A stretch of DNA of 64,000 nucleotides from Chitinophagaceae bacterium (GTDB lineage: Bacteria; Bacteroidota; Bacteroidia; Chitinophagales; Chitinophagaceae): NCBI GenBank assembly GCA_036374555.1, contig DASUTO010000281.1, forward strand, positions 3,403 through 67,402. Direction: 5' to 3'. The notes under the pieces were generated by a model that saw nothing but the letters and a program-made list of their open reading frames with translations, ran no database searches and was not told where the DNA came from. This document shows, piece after piece, positions 28,699-39,091 of this stretch (positions within the stretch are counted from its first letter, which is position 1; each line of letters begins with the position of its first letter). The translations under genes and the position numbers were made by a program.

Positions 28699-29601
28699 AT
28701 GAGAAAATTTTTTCTTCCTTTTTTATTTATGGTGATCAGCAATATGAGTTTTGCACAAAAACAAATCTGCGAATACAAGCAATACCCAGCTCCCGCTCTT
28801 AGCGATTCATTAAAAAAAGTGTTTGAAGCCAATATGCGATCAGCTGAAAAAAAATATCAAGCCGATAGCATTAATGATGAACAGATAATATGGTATGGGC
28901 GCCGGCTTGCTTATCTTGGAAATTATAAAGAAGCAATCGCTATTTATACGAAAGGAATAAACCTGCATCCTGCAAATGCAAGACTTTACCGGCACCGGGC
29001 ACATCGTTATATCACCTTGCGCTGTTATGATAATGCGATCGCTGATCTTAAAAAGGCAGCTGATCTTATAAAGGACCAGGTTGATGAAATAGAAGAAGAT
29101 GGCATTCCTAATGCAAAAAATTTTCCGACAAGCACACTTCACACGAATATCTATTATCATCTCGGCCTGGCTTATTACCTGAAGGGTGATCACCGGCAGG
29201 CATTGCTCGCATGGCAAAAATGTCTTGATATTGCCGATAATGATGATATGAAAGTGGCGACTTTAAACTGGTTAAACATTGTATTGCGCAAAATGGGAAG
29301 GCAGAAAGATGCAGAACAGCATTTAAAAGAGGTGACAGGTGACATGGAAATAATCGAGAATCGTGATTACTATGATATATTAGTAATGTATAAAACCGGT
29401 GATAATAGCAAACTGGTTGAAAAAACTCAAAACCAGCAAACACTTAGCAATGCGACGCTGGGTTTTGCACTTGGCACATATTACCAGTTAAGAGGTGATA
29501 AGGGTAAAGCCAGGGAATTATTTGAAAAAGTAGTGGCCGGTAATCATTGGAGCAGCTTTGGATATATTGCTGCTGAAACTGAGCTGGCCAAAATGAAGTA
29601 A
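28699..29601 (+). CDS. TPR repeat protein, secreted
   Basis: 300-aa ORF with a signal peptide and repeated A..Y...I.L.P....Y helices. Confidence 0.6.
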   Translation: MRKFFLPFLFMVISNMSFAQKQICEYKQYPAPALSDSLKKVFEANMRSAEKKYQADSINDEQIIWYGRRLAYLGNYKEAIAIYTKGINLHPANARLYRHRAHRYITLRCYDNAIADLKKAADLIKDQVDEIEEDGIPNAKNFPTSTLHTNIYYHLGLAYYLKGDHRQALLAWQKCLDIADNDDMKVATLNWLNIVLRKMGRQKDAEQHLKEVTGDMEIIENRDYYDILVMYKTGDNSKLVEKTQNQQTLSNATLGFALGTYYQLRGDKGKARELFEKVVAGNHWSSFGYIAAETELAKMK

Positions 29602-29650
29602 GAATTCAAAAGCCAAACTGAAAACCAGCATTTCACCAACTTTTGACTTT

Positions 29651-29977
29651 TTAGTTTTGTCCATTAGGACTCCCTGGGAGATTTTTTACTTTCTGTGTCT
29701 TTAGTAAGCCTATTTTTTCGCCAAGTTTACGGGTGTAGTTAGAGAAGAACCTGAATTGCCCAAAGGGAATGCTTATCAATAAAACCATAGCGGGCCAGAT
29801 GATGGTAACAAGAAGTATATAAATGATCGCCCAAAGCCAATCTGCTTCAATTGACAGAATATTCATTATTTTTTTTCCTGCATAACCTGTCAAACTGCCA
29901 CCGATCGCAAATGTGAAAAGGATAAGCACCAACTGAAAAACATTTACTTTCCATTTTTTTCTCAATTTCTCAAACAT
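29651..29977 (-). CDS. Small 2-3 TM membrane protein, unknown function
   Basis: I use the MFEKLRKKWKVNVFQLVLILFTFAIGGSLTGY start (29977). The longer ORF start at 30058 adds an unlikely Cys-rich extension. Confidence 0.5.
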   Translation of the reverse strand: MFEKLRKKWKVNVFQLVLILFTFAIGGSLTGYAGKKIMNILSIEADWLWAIIYILLVTIIWPAMVLLISIPFGQFRFFSNYTRKLGEKIGLLKTQKVKNLPGSPNGQN

Positions 29978-30260
29978 GCGGAAAATTTTTTGTGACAAGC
30001 CATGCCAAAAGCAGGCAGCCGCGCAAAAATCGGATAAAACAACAATCATTAGTAACAAAAAATATTTTGTTTAGTAAAGGTTGACAGAGCAGTGACAAAG
30101 TTTAATCAGCTTTATTAATAACAACATTCAAAACCCGTGAAATCCAGTCTGGAAGCGGATCAAAAAAAATTTAAACGTGTTGAACTTTTGTTGCCTTCAT
30201 GACTTATTTTTGCAACCGGTCAATAGATTTTATCCACATTCTTTAGATCTAATTGCTTCT

Positions 30261-31532
30261 ATGATTCCAGATAAGAATTTCACGCCAAAAGGACTGTTAC
30301 TACTCGTTACTTTTTTTGTTTTTTCTTTTTCAAAAATTAATGCCCAGGATGGTAAAGCAATATTCACAGCTAAGTGTGCAAGTTGCCACATAATGGGTAA
30401 AGATTTTACGGGTCCTAACCTGGAAGGTGTTCTGGGTAGATGGGGTAATACGGATGATATCAAGGCATGGATACTTAATTATAATATTCCTCTTAAGGCA
30501 GGTAAAGAACAAGCACTAAAAGTGATCGGCTTTTCCACATCGCAGATGCAGATCTTTGAAGGGCAGATCACGCCGCCTGAATTAGATGCAGTGACAAAAT
30601 ATATAACTGAATGGACACCCCCCGTGCCTCCTACTACAACTGATCAGGGTGGAAACGGTGGCGGTGGTGGCGGCGCATTGATTTTCGGAATCATTTCATT
30701 GATCATGGCCATTATTGCTCTTATCCTGATGCAGGTTAACAGCAATCTGAAAAAACTGAGTGATGATGCGGAAGGTGTTCTTCGCCCCGAGCCTGTTCCT
30801 TTTTATAAGAATAAAGTCTATATCGCTCTTTTTTCAATTGTTCTCTTTATTGTTGGTGGCTATTATACAGCCAGCGCATTAATTGATTTCGGACGTCAAA
30901 AAAATTATCAGCCTGAACAACCAATTTATTACTCCCATAAAGTACATGCCGGCATTAACCAAATAAGTTGTTTGTATTGTCATGGTGCAGCAATGGATAG
31001 CAAACACGCTGCGATTCCATCAGTGAATGTTTGTATGAATTGTCATAAAACGATTACTACTTACGAAAAAGGACCAAAGCTTTTTCGAGAAGATGGAACG
31101 GAAGTAAATGGTACAAAGGAGATCGAGAAATTATATAGTTATGCAGGCTTTGACCCCAAAAATGCAGCTGCATGGGATCCTTCAAAAGCAAAACCTGTCG
31201 CCTGGACAAAAATTCATAGCCTGCCCGATCATGTTTATTTCAATCACTCACAGCATATAAAAGCAGGTAAGGTCCAGTGCCAGTCCTGTCATGGTGAGAT
31301 CACGAACATGGATGAAGTGTACCAGTTCTCAGAATTAAGCATGGGTTGGTGCGTTAACTGTCATCGTGAGACAAAAGTTGATTTTTATAAAATTGACAGT
31401 TCAGGTAAAGCAACAGGGAATAAATTTTACAGCATATACGAGAAATTCCATAATGATATCAAAAGTGGAAAAATGGATAGCGTAACTGTGAAGGATATTG
31501 GCGGTTTGGAGTGCCAGAAATGTCACTATTGA
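30261..31532 (+). CDS. actA: Alternative Complex III subunit ActA, multiheme cytochrome c with an extra N-terminal monoheme domain (6 CxxCH)
   Basis: Signal-like KGLLLLVTFFVFSFSKINAQ, then CASCH, two TM helices, then CLYCH, CMNCH, CQSCH, CVNCH and CQKCH. First gene of the act cluster. A TATTTTTG box at 30205-30212 favours ATG 30261 over GTG 30177. Confidence 0.85.
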   Translation: MIPDKNFTPKGLLLLVTFFVFSFSKINAQDGKAIFTAKCASCHIMGKDFTGPNLEGVLGRWGNTDDIKAWILNYNIPLKAGKEQALKVIGFSTSQMQIFEGQITPPELDAVTKYITEWTPPVPPTTTDQGGNGGGGGGALIFGIISLIMAIIALILMQVNSNLKKLSDDAEGVLRPEPVPFYKNKVYIALFSIVLFIVGGYYTASALIDFGRQKNYQPEQPIYYSHKVHAGINQISCLYCHGAAMDSKHAAIPSVNVCMNCHKTITTYEKGPKLFREDGTEVNGTKEIEKLYSYAGFDPKNAAAWDPSKAKPVAWTKIHSLPDHVYFNHSQHIKAGKVQCQSCHGEITNMDEVYQFSELSMGWCVNCHRETKVDFYKIDSSGKATGNKFYSIYEKFHNDIKSGKMDSVTVKDIGGLECQKCHY

Positions 31533-31588
31533 TCTGTGTCTTTATTGAGCGTTTAAATTTCAGGTTTCAAATTTTCACATTCAACTAT

Positions 31589-34500
31589 ATGAGCGAAAAT
31601 AAATATTGGCAAAGTTTCGGCGAGCTGAAAGGAAGCGAAGAACTGGCTAAGAAGATCGAGAATGAATTCCGGGAAGACCTTCCTTTTGAAGATAGCAACA
31701 ATAAAGGATGGCTGGATGCTACAGCTCCACGTCGCGACTTTCTGAAATATCTTGGCTTCAGCACTGCCGCTGCTGCAATTGCTGCTGGTTGTAAAACGCC
31801 GGTAAGAAAAGCAATTCCTTTTGCCAATAAACCAGCTGATATTGTTCCTGGAGTTTCAAAATATTATGCAACAACTTATGTACAGGATGGTGATGTGTTG
31901 CCGATTCTTGCCAAAGTAAGAGATGGTCGCCCAATAAAGATCGAGGGCAATAATGAATGTACATATACGGGCGGAGGCACATCAGCAAGAGCACAGGCTT
32001 CCGTTCTGGATCTTTATGATACTAACAGGTTGACTCATCCGAAACGAAAAGTGGGTGATAAGTTTGAAGAGGTTCCCACCTTTGAACAACTGGATAAAAT
32101 GATAGGTGATGCAATGGCAGGTGTTACAAATCCTGTTTTGCTTACCAGCACTATTACATCAGAAACTACAAAGGATATCATTGCAAAATACCCGGGACTG
32201 AAACATGTACAATATGATGCCGATTCTTTCAGCGGGATGTTGATGGCGAATGAAGCAACATTTGGTAAAAAAGCGATCCCTTCTTACAATTTTGCAAACG
32301 CAAAAGTGATCGTAAGTCTTGGAGCTGACTTTTTGGGTACGTGGTTAAATCCGGTTGAGTTTGCCCGTCAATATGCTCAAACAAGAAAGTTGAAAGATGG
32401 CGCCACTCAAATGAGCAGGCATTTGCAATTTGAAAGTTTTATGAGCATGACTGGTGCAAATGCGGATGAACGATTCACCCATCGTCCTTCTGAAGCAGGT
32501 GCTGTTGCTTCAGCTTTACTCGCAGCTATTGCTGGTAATGCTGCAACAAATGTTTTAAATGATAAAGTAAAAGCTGGAATTTCAAAAGCGGTTGCTGAAT
32601 TGAATGCAAATAAAGGAGCAGCAGTAGTGGTAAGCGGAAGCAACGATGTAAATGTGCAGACGATCGTAAATGCGATCAACAATGCAATTGGCGCTTATGG
32701 TTCCGTTATTGACTGGTCAACAACTTTGAACTTCCGCCAGGGTGTTGATAAAGACTTTACCGATCTTATTGATCAAATGAATGCCGGACAGGTTGGTGCA
32801 ATAATGATCTACGGAGCGAATCCATCATATGATTATCATGCTGCAGATAGATTCAATGCCGCTTTGGCAAAAGTGAAAACAAAGATCTCTTTCAACGAAT
32901 ACCTTGATGAAACTACACAGCAGTGCAATTTTGTAATTCCATCACATCACTTCCTGGAAAGCTGGGGTGATGCGGAACCAAAATCAGGATATACAAGTTT
33001 TATTCAGCCTACAATTCATCCGCTTTTCAAAACAAGAGCTTTTCAAACTTCATTATTAAAATGGAGTGGTAACAATACAGACTACGAAACTTATTTTAAG
33101 AATTATTGGGAAACAAAGCTTGGTTCTAAAGTTGCATTTGACGCGGCCCTTCAAAGAGGCGTGATTGATGGAAATACAAAATCATTAACGGCTACAACTA
33201 CAAATGCTAAAGATACTACAGGAGTTAAACCGCCTGTAATCACAACAATACAGGCAACTACTGCTGTATCTCCGGGCTCATTTAATGGAGCATCTGTGCA
33301 AGACGCTGCAGCTGCAATATCAGGAACAAAAAAAGGCGGTGAAACCGAATTGATCCTTTATCAGAAAGTTTCTATAGGGTCAGGTAAACAAGGAACAAAT
33401 CCATGGTTACAGGAATTACCTGATCCAATTACTAAGGCCGCATGGGACAACTATGTGATGATGGGAATGACGATGGCAAAAAAAGTTGTTGGTGTTGACC
33501 TGATCGGCGGCTCTGAAAGACATATTAATAATTATGAATACTATCCCGAGAAACCTGTTGTAACTGTAACGGTTCCTGGCAAAAAAGCATTTGAGTTGCC
33601 AGTATTGATCATCCCTGGAATGGATCCAAATACAATTGCAATTGCAGTGGGATACGGAAGAACTGATAAGCTTGGAATAGCGGCGGGAAATGTGGGTGCA
33701 AATGTTTATCAGCTTTCATCTTCTGACGGCTCATCAAGAGATTATTATTCTCCTGATGTTACGGTAGCAAATGCGAATAAAACTTATCGTGTTGCGCAAT
33801 CACAGGTTCATAATTCTTATGAGAACAGAAGCGAGGTGGTGAAAGAAACTTCACTGGCTTCTTTTGTAAGTGATCGTAAGCAGTTCAAAAGATTCCGGGA
33901 ACATCTTGCAGCAGACTATGCGCCGGATAAAGGCGATTTCCGTACAGAATCAACTTTATACCCCGATCATCCTCAACCGGGATTGAAATGGGGAATGAGT
34001 GTTGACATGAACAGTTGCAATGCTTGTGGTGCTTGTGTTGTTGCCTGTCATGCTGAAAACAATGTTCCTGTTGTTGGGAAAAGTGAAGTAGCCCGTTATC
34101 ATGATATGCACTGGTTGCGTATCGATCGCTACTTTGTAACCAATGAAAAGAACCCTGATGATGTAAAAGCGGTAGTTTTTCAACCCATGCTCTGCCAGCA
34201 TTGTGATAATGCTCCTTGTGAGAATGTGTGTCCTGTTGCTGCTACTAATCACAGTAGCGAAGGATTAAATCAAATGGCTTATAACCGTTGTATTGGTACA
34301 AGATATTGTGCTAATAACTGTCCTTATAAAGTTCGTCGCTTTAACTGGGCTGATTATACCGGATCTGATAGCTTCCCCAACAACCGTGATCAAAAGCTGA
34401 TCGGCAAACTTGATCCAGTTGTAGAACATATGAATGATGATCTTACAAGAATGGTGTTGAATCCTGATGTAACCGTTCGTTCAAGAGGAGTGATGGAAAA

Positions 34501-34852
34501 ATGTTCTTTCTGCGTACAGCGTTTGCAGGAAGCAAAATTAGATGCAAAGAAAGCAAACACTACGTTAGCAGATGGCAAAGTGAAAACCGCCTGTATGCAA
34601 GCTTGCCCGACCGACGCAATTGTATTTGGTAATGTTCACGATAAAGAAAGCATCGTGGTAAAAACAAGAGCGGAGAATGATGATCGTCTTTTCTATGTGA
34701 TCGAGCAGCTACACACATTACCGAATGTGAACTACCTGGCCAAGATCAGGAATACAAGTGAGATGATTGAAAGTAAGATTAAAGAACATGTCGCAACCGA
34801 TGGCCATGCAACAGGAGAAAAAGAAAAGAAAGTAGAGCCCGCAGCACATTAA
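31589..34852 (+). CDS. actB: ACIII subunit ActB (molybdopterin-oxidoreductase-like domain fused to a 4Fe-4S domain)
   Basis: MSENKYWQSFGEL start. Tat-like RRDFLKYLGFSTAAAAIAAGC. Fe-S Cys clusters CNACGACVVACH, CQHCDNAPCENVCP and CIGTRYCANNCP. Confidence 0.9.
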   Translation: MSENKYWQSFGELKGSEELAKKIENEFREDLPFEDSNNKGWLDATAPRRDFLKYLGFSTAAAAIAAGCKTPVRKAIPFANKPADIVPGVSKYYATTYVQDGDVLPILAKVRDGRPIKIEGNNECTYTGGGTSARAQASVLDLYDTNRLTHPKRKVGDKFEEVPTFEQLDKMIGDAMAGVTNPVLLTSTITSETTKDIIAKYPGLKHVQYDADSFSGMLMANEATFGKKAIPSYNFANAKVIVSLGADFLGTWLNPVEFARQYAQTRKLKDGATQMSRHLQFESFMSMTGANADERFTHRPSEAGAVASALLAAIAGNAATNVLNDKVKAGISKAVAELNANKGAAVVVSGSNDVNVQTIVNAINNAIGAYGSVIDWSTTLNFRQGVDKDFTDLIDQMNAGQVGAIMIYGANPSYDYHAADRFNAALAKVKTKISFNEYLDETTQQCNFVIPSHHFLESWGDAEPKSGYTSFIQPTIHPLFKTRAFQTSLLKWSGNNTDYETYFKNYWETKLGSKVAFDAALQRGVIDGNTKSLTATTTNAKDTTGVKPPVITTIQATTAVSPGSFNGASVQDAAAAISGTKKGGETELILYQKVSIGSGKQGTNPWLQELPDPITKAAWDNYVMMGMTMAKKVVGVDLIGGSERHINNYEYYPEKPVVTVTVPGKKAFELPVLIIPGMDPNTIAIAVGYGRTDKLGIAAGNVGANVYQLSSSDGSSRDYYSPDVTVANANKTYRVAQSQVHNSYENRSEVVKETSLASFVSDRKQFKRFREHLAADYAPDKGDFRTESTLYPDHPQPGLKWGMSVDMNSCNACGACVVACHAENNVPVVGKSEVARYHDMHWLRIDRYFVTNEKNPDDVKAVVFQPMLCQHCDNAPCENVCPVAATNHSSEGLNQMAYNRCIGTRYCANNCPYKVRRFNWADYTGSDSFPNNRDQKLIGKLDPVVEHMNDDLTRMVLNPDVTVRSRGVMEKCSFCVQRLQEAKLDAKKANTTLADGKVKTACMQACPTDAIVFGNVHDKESIVVKTRAENDDRLFYVIEQLHTLPNVNYLAKIRNTSEMIESKIKEHVATDGHATGEKEKKVEPAAH

Positions 34853-34880
34853 GGGGAATAGAGAACCGGAAGTATAAGAG

Positions 34881-34965
34881 TCCGCCTGAGGCGGAACGGA
34901 AGCTGAATAGTAAAGAGAAAGTTGACTTAAAAATAAAGCTAACAGTAAAGTCCGCCTTCAGCGGA
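34881..34965 (+). repeat. Two tandem copies of a short GC hairpin unit (TCCGCC-loop-G(G)CGGA) in the actB-actC spacer
   Basis: tccgcctgaggcgga at 34881-34895 and tccgccttcagcgga at 34951-34965. Both are embedded in similar ...aaag(a)gTCCGCC....GCGGA..(g)aagct.aa... flanks. Confidence 0.7.
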
Positions 34966-34981
34966 TAAAAGCTAAAAGATT

Positions 34982-36436
34982 ATGGGATTAATCAGATACG
35001 AATCGCAGATAAGACCGCCACTGGTAGAAGGCAATAAAGATTATCACCAGGTAACAGAAGATATCTGTCGCCCGGTGGAGGCGAAACCAAGCCGCTCATG
35101 GTGGATCGGTTTTATCGTTTCTGTATTGTTTTTGATTTTTGGAATTGTATCGGTAACAATGGAGGTGATATATGGAACGGGCCAATGGAACTTAAATAAA
35201 ACTGTTGGGTGGGGTTGGGATATCACCAATTTCGTTTGGTGGATCGGTATCGGTCACGCCGGAACATTGATCTCCGCGATCTTATTATTGTTCCGCCAGG
35301 GTTGGAGAACAGGTGTGAACCGTGCAGCAGAAGCGATGACAATTTTTGCGGTAATATGTGCGGGCCAGTTTCCTATCTGGCACATGGGTCGCGTTTGGGA
35401 TGCCTTCTTCGTATTGCCTTATCCAAATACAAGAGGGCCCTTGTGGATAAACTTTAACTCGCCACTTCTCTGGGACGTGTTTGCGATCTCAACATATTTT
35501 ACCGTGTCGCTTTTATTCTGGTATAGTGGTTTGATACCTGACGTGGCTACCCTTCGTGACCGTGCAAAAAAGAAATGGAGAAAAATGTTTTATGGCCTGG
35601 CGGCGTTTGGATGGACCGGAAGCACAAAACACTGGCAGCGTCACGAAGCGTTATCGCTTGTCTTAGCAGGTTTGAGTACTCCGCTTGTATTGTCAGTGCA
35701 TACAATAGTATCCTTTGACTTCGCAACATCGGTTGTTCCAGGCTGGCATACCACGATCTTCCCTCCTTATTTCGTTGCCGGTGCCATCTTTTCAGGCTTT
35801 GCGATGGTACAAACGTTATTGGTGGTAACAAGAAAAGTGTTGGGGCTGGAGGAATATATTACGATCGAGCATATTGATGTGATGAACAAGATCATCGTAT
35901 TAACAGGTTCAATAGTTGGTATTGCCTATTTGACCGAGTTATTTATTGCGTGGTATGGTGCTAACCAATATGAGTGGTTTGCATTCAGGGAAAACCGTTT
36001 GAACGTAAACAGTCCGCTTGGATGGAGTTACTGGATAATGATGTTTTGTAATGTGGTTTCTCCGCAGTTTTTCTGGATCAGGAAAATGAGAAGAAACCTG
36101 GTGGTAACTTTCTTTATGTCAGTGTTGGTGAATGTGGGTATGTGGTTCGAAAGGTTTGTAATCATTGTTACTTCCGTTTACCGTGAATATTTACCGTCAG
36201 CATGGTCTACCTATTACAGACCGACGATCTGGGAAGTTGGATTTTATATGGGAACATTCGGGTTGTTCTTTACCTGTTATTTCTTATTCTCAAAATTTTT
36301 CCCGGTAATTGCATTGGCGGAGATCAAACATATTTTGAAAAGAAGTGGTGATACACAAAAGGAGAAAATGGATAAACTGGAAAAACAGGATGGTGAAGAT
36401 TTTGCTGATGAGCATTCGCATGATCATGGAGCATAA
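34982..36436 (+). CDS. actC: ACIII subunit ActC (NrfD/PsrC-type quinol-interacting membrane subunit)
   Basis: 484-aa polytopic ORF in the expected position. WWIGIGHAGTLISA is typical of the NrfD family. Confidence 0.85.
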   Translation: MGLIRYESQIRPPLVEGNKDYHQVTEDICRPVEAKPSRSWWIGFIVSVLFLIFGIVSVTMEVIYGTGQWNLNKTVGWGWDITNFVWWIGIGHAGTLISAILLLFRQGWRTGVNRAAEAMTIFAVICAGQFPIWHMGRVWDAFFVLPYPNTRGPLWINFNSPLLWDVFAISTYFTVSLLFWYSGLIPDVATLRDRAKKKWRKMFYGLAAFGWTGSTKHWQRHEALSLVLAGLSTPLVLSVHTIVSFDFATSVVPGWHTTIFPPYFVAGAIFSGFAMVQTLLVVTRKVLGLEEYITIEHIDVMNKIIVLTGSIVGIAYLTELFIAWYGANQYEWFAFRENRLNVNSPLGWSYWIMMFCNVVSPQFFWIRKMRRNLVVTFFMSVLVNVGMWFERFVIIVTSVYREYLPSAWSTYYRPTIWEVGFYMGTFGLFFTCYFLFSKFFPVIALAEIKHILKRSGDTQKEKMDKLEKQDGEDFADEHSHDHGA

Positions 36437-36508
36437 AATAGTCAAGAGTTCAGAGTCGGGAGTCAATGGACTACGAACGCTGAACTAATAACTCTGAACT
36501 AAAATATT

Positions 36509-37099
36509 ATGGCAATAAAAAAATATGTAGTTGGCAGCTTTGATGATGAGGCGGTGCTGTTTCCTGCTGTGAAAAAAGTTCGCAAGGCAGGTTATAAGAT
36601 TCATGATGTGTTCACGCCATTTCCAATTCATGGTTTGGATAAGGTGATGGGACTTCGAGATACGAGCCTGCATACTGCCGGGTTTATATATGGGATCACT
36701 GGTACAGCTACTGCATTGGGTTTTATTTCATGGGCCTTGACATATGATTGGCCATTGAACTTTGGCGGCAAACCATTTTTTTCATTACCAGCGTGGATAC
36801 CGATCACATTTGAGTTAACGGTTTTATTTTCTGCAGTAGGTATGGTACTTACTTTTTGTTACCTGTGCCAGTTGGCGCCATTCGTGAAAAAAGATCATTT
36901 TAATTTAAGATCAACAGACGATATATTCTTAATGGCCATAGAATGCACCAATAAAACAAATGACAATGAAGTAGTATCATTTTTACAAAGTATCGGGGCC
37001 AAAGATGTGAAAGTGGATCACAGAGAAGATCGTTGGTGGCTTGGCCGTTATGATAAAGAACAAATTCTTGAAAAGAAAGCAGAAGAAGTAGCAGCATAA
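36509..37099 (+). CDS. actD: ACIII subunit ActD (DUF3341)
   Basis: 196-aa ORF MAIKKYVVGSFDDEAVLFPAVKKVRKAGYKIHDVFTPFPIHGLD, with two TM helices, in the expected position. Confidence 0.8.
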   Translation: MAIKKYVVGSFDDEAVLFPAVKKVRKAGYKIHDVFTPFPIHGLDKVMGLRDTSLHTAGFIYGITGTATALGFISWALTYDWPLNFGGKPFFSLPAWIPITFELTVLFSAVGMVLTFCYLCQLAPFVKKDHFNLRSTDDIFLMAIECTNKTNDNEVVSFLQSIGAKDVKVDHREDRWWLGRYDKEQILEKKAEEVAA

Positions 37100-37780
37100 A
37101 TGAATAAAAAATTCAGGATGAGAAAAATTGTAATTATTACAGGGATTGTTACTGCAGGTTTGCTATTGAGCAGTTGCAGGGATAAAAGAAGCGCAGGACA
37201 TGTTTATATGCCGGATATGGCCTATAGCCGTGCCTTTGAGACTTACGATGCCCTGGATTCATCAAGGTTTACAAGTGATACTTTAGAAAGAGGAGGAAAG
37301 ATCTATTATGACAGGATGCCTGTAGCAGGAACAGTAGCAAGAGAGGACATGCCCGCTTTCCCATTGGCAATGGATAAAATAGGAGATACGACTGCCGCTA
37401 ATTATAAGGCGTCTGTGAATGTTCCGAATCCGTTGCCTGCATTAAGTGCGGTTGATTATTTAGAGGCCGCAAGATTATACCTGATAAATTGCGGGATATG
37501 TCATGGCGAAAAGCTGGATGGAAATGGTCCTTTATATAATGGAGGGAATGGTCCCTACCAGGCTGCGCCAAAAGATTTGATAAAAGATCCGGTAGTTGGA
37601 AAAATGGCGGACGGACAAATGTTTTATTCTATTACTTATGGAAAAAATGCAATGGGAAGCTATGCATCGCAGCTGAATACCAGGCAGCGTTGGATGATCA
37701 TTCATTATATAAAAGAGAAACAGGGTTTAGCAAATAGTAAACCGGCTGCTGCTGATAGTTTGGCAACTGCTAAGAAATAA
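37100..37780 (+). CDS. actE: ACIII subunit ActE (monoheme cytochrome c lipoprotein)
   Basis: 226-aa ORF with lipobox LLLSSC and a single CGICH. Its start abuts the actD stop. Confidence 0.85.
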   Translation: MNKKFRMRKIVIITGIVTAGLLLSSCRDKRSAGHVYMPDMAYSRAFETYDALDSSRFTSDTLERGGKIYYDRMPVAGTVAREDMPAFPLAMDKIGDTTAANYKASVNVPNPLPALSAVDYLEAARLYLINCGICHGEKLDGNGPLYNGGNGPYQAAPKDLIKDPVVGKMADGQMFYSITYGKNAMGSYASQLNTRQRWMIIHYIKEKQGLANSKPAAADSLATAKK

Positions 37781-37814
37781 AAAAGATTTTTGAAGAATTA
37801 TAAAAGGTAAACTG

Positions 37815-39038
37815 ATGACTATCCGGGAAAAATTTGAAATACCAAAAAGATACAGCCTGTGGTCCTATGTCCTGATCGCAGTGGGAATTGTATCTGTCAT
37901 TTTGCTGTATGTGACACATGGCGCAAGTAATGATGAACATGAAAGAGCAAGATTTTGGGGAAGCCTTTTGCAAAACAGTGTATACTTTTTACTGGTGGTA
38001 AATGCAGCAATGTTCTTTCTTTGCGCCACTATTCTTGCATGGGGTGGTTGGACGACAAGTTTCAGAAGAGTATCAGAAGCAATTGCCTCAGCAGTGCCGG
38101 TTATCGGCGTCATTTGCGGAGCAATTCTATTGGCAATCGTATTTGGAAATGATCATTCTATTTATCATTGGGCGGCACCCGACGACCATCTTGATGACAT
38201 TTTAAAACATAAATCAGGATTTTTAAATAAAACATTTTTTACAGTTTGGACCGTGCTGACAATTGCCCTTTGGTCTTTATTGGGTAAAAAGATGAGGAAC
38301 CTGTCTTTAAGCACCGATGCAGGAAAGATGAGTGTTGAAGAAGGAAAAAAATTTCAATGGACAAATACTGTTTGGTCAGCCTTGTATTTGCTTGTGTTTG
38401 CGCTTACCGTTATGTCAACAATTCCCTGGTTGTGGCTAATGAGCATTGATGCACATTGGTACAGCACTATGTATAGCTGGTACACTTTCGCAAGTACATT
38501 TGTAGCTGGTGTGGCGTTGATCGCTTTATTTGTTATTTACCTGAAGAATAAAGGATACCTGGAATATACCAATGAAGAACATCTTCATGATATTGGAAAA
38601 TTCATGTTCGCATTTTCAGTGTTCTGGTGTTATCTATGGTTTAGCCAATACATGCTGATATGGTACAGTAACCAGCCGGAAGAAACAAAATATTTTGAAC
38701 CAAGAGTGGAAGGTCCTTACCGCGGTATTTTCTTTTTAAATATCATTATCAATTTCATTGCGCCGCTATTATTATTGATGAGGAGAGGGGCAAAAAGAAA
38801 TTATACAACGATGACGATCCTTGGGGTGGCGATCATCTTTGGTCACTGGCTTGATTTCTTCCAAATGGTACACCCGGCCAATTCAAAAGATCATGTCCCG
38901 ATGATGTTATATGACCTGGGAATTGGACTTGGATTTGTCGGTTTGATAATGCTGATCACTGCAAGAACATTGTCAAAACATCCATTGGTTCCGAAGAATC
39001 ATCCGTTCTTTAAAGAAAGTGTGATCCATCATACATAA
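37815..39038 (+). CDS. actF: ACIII subunit ActF (second polytopic membrane subunit)
   Basis: 407-aa polytopic ORF following actE. Confidence 0.8.
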   Translation: MTIREKFEIPKRYSLWSYVLIAVGIVSVILLYVTHGASNDEHERARFWGSLLQNSVYFLLVVNAAMFFLCATILAWGGWTTSFRRVSEAIASAVPVIGVICGAILLAIVFGNDHSIYHWAAPDDHLDDILKHKSGFLNKTFFTVWTVLTIALWSLLGKKMRNLSLSTDAGKMSVEEGKKFQWTNTVWSALYLLVFALTVMSTIPWLWLMSIDAHWYSTMYSWYTFASTFVAGVALIALFVIYLKNKGYLEYTNEEHLHDIGKFMFAFSVFWCYLWFSQYMLIWYSNQPEETKYFEPRVEGPYRGIFFLNIIINFIAPLLLLMRRGAKRNYTTMTILGVAIIFGHWLDFFQMVHPANSKDHVPMMLYDLGIGLGFVGLIMLITARTLSKHPLVPKNHPFFKESVIHHT

Positions 39039-39091
39039 AATTTGAAACTGGAAATTATTAAGTGCCGATAATTATAAATTGAACTAAGAAT

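Noticed and set aside
30177-30260. GTG-initiated 28-aa N-terminal extension of ActA, and the similar extension 31511-31588 of ActB
   Set aside because: The extensions (MLNFCCLHDLFLQPVNRFYPHSLDLIAS and MPEMSLLICVFIERLNFRFQIFTFNY) are not signal-like. The ActB one overlaps actA. Internal ATGs give canonical N-termini: a signal peptide for ActA and MSENKYWQSF plus a Tat motif for ActB. A -7-like box at 30205-30212 lies inside the ActA extension.
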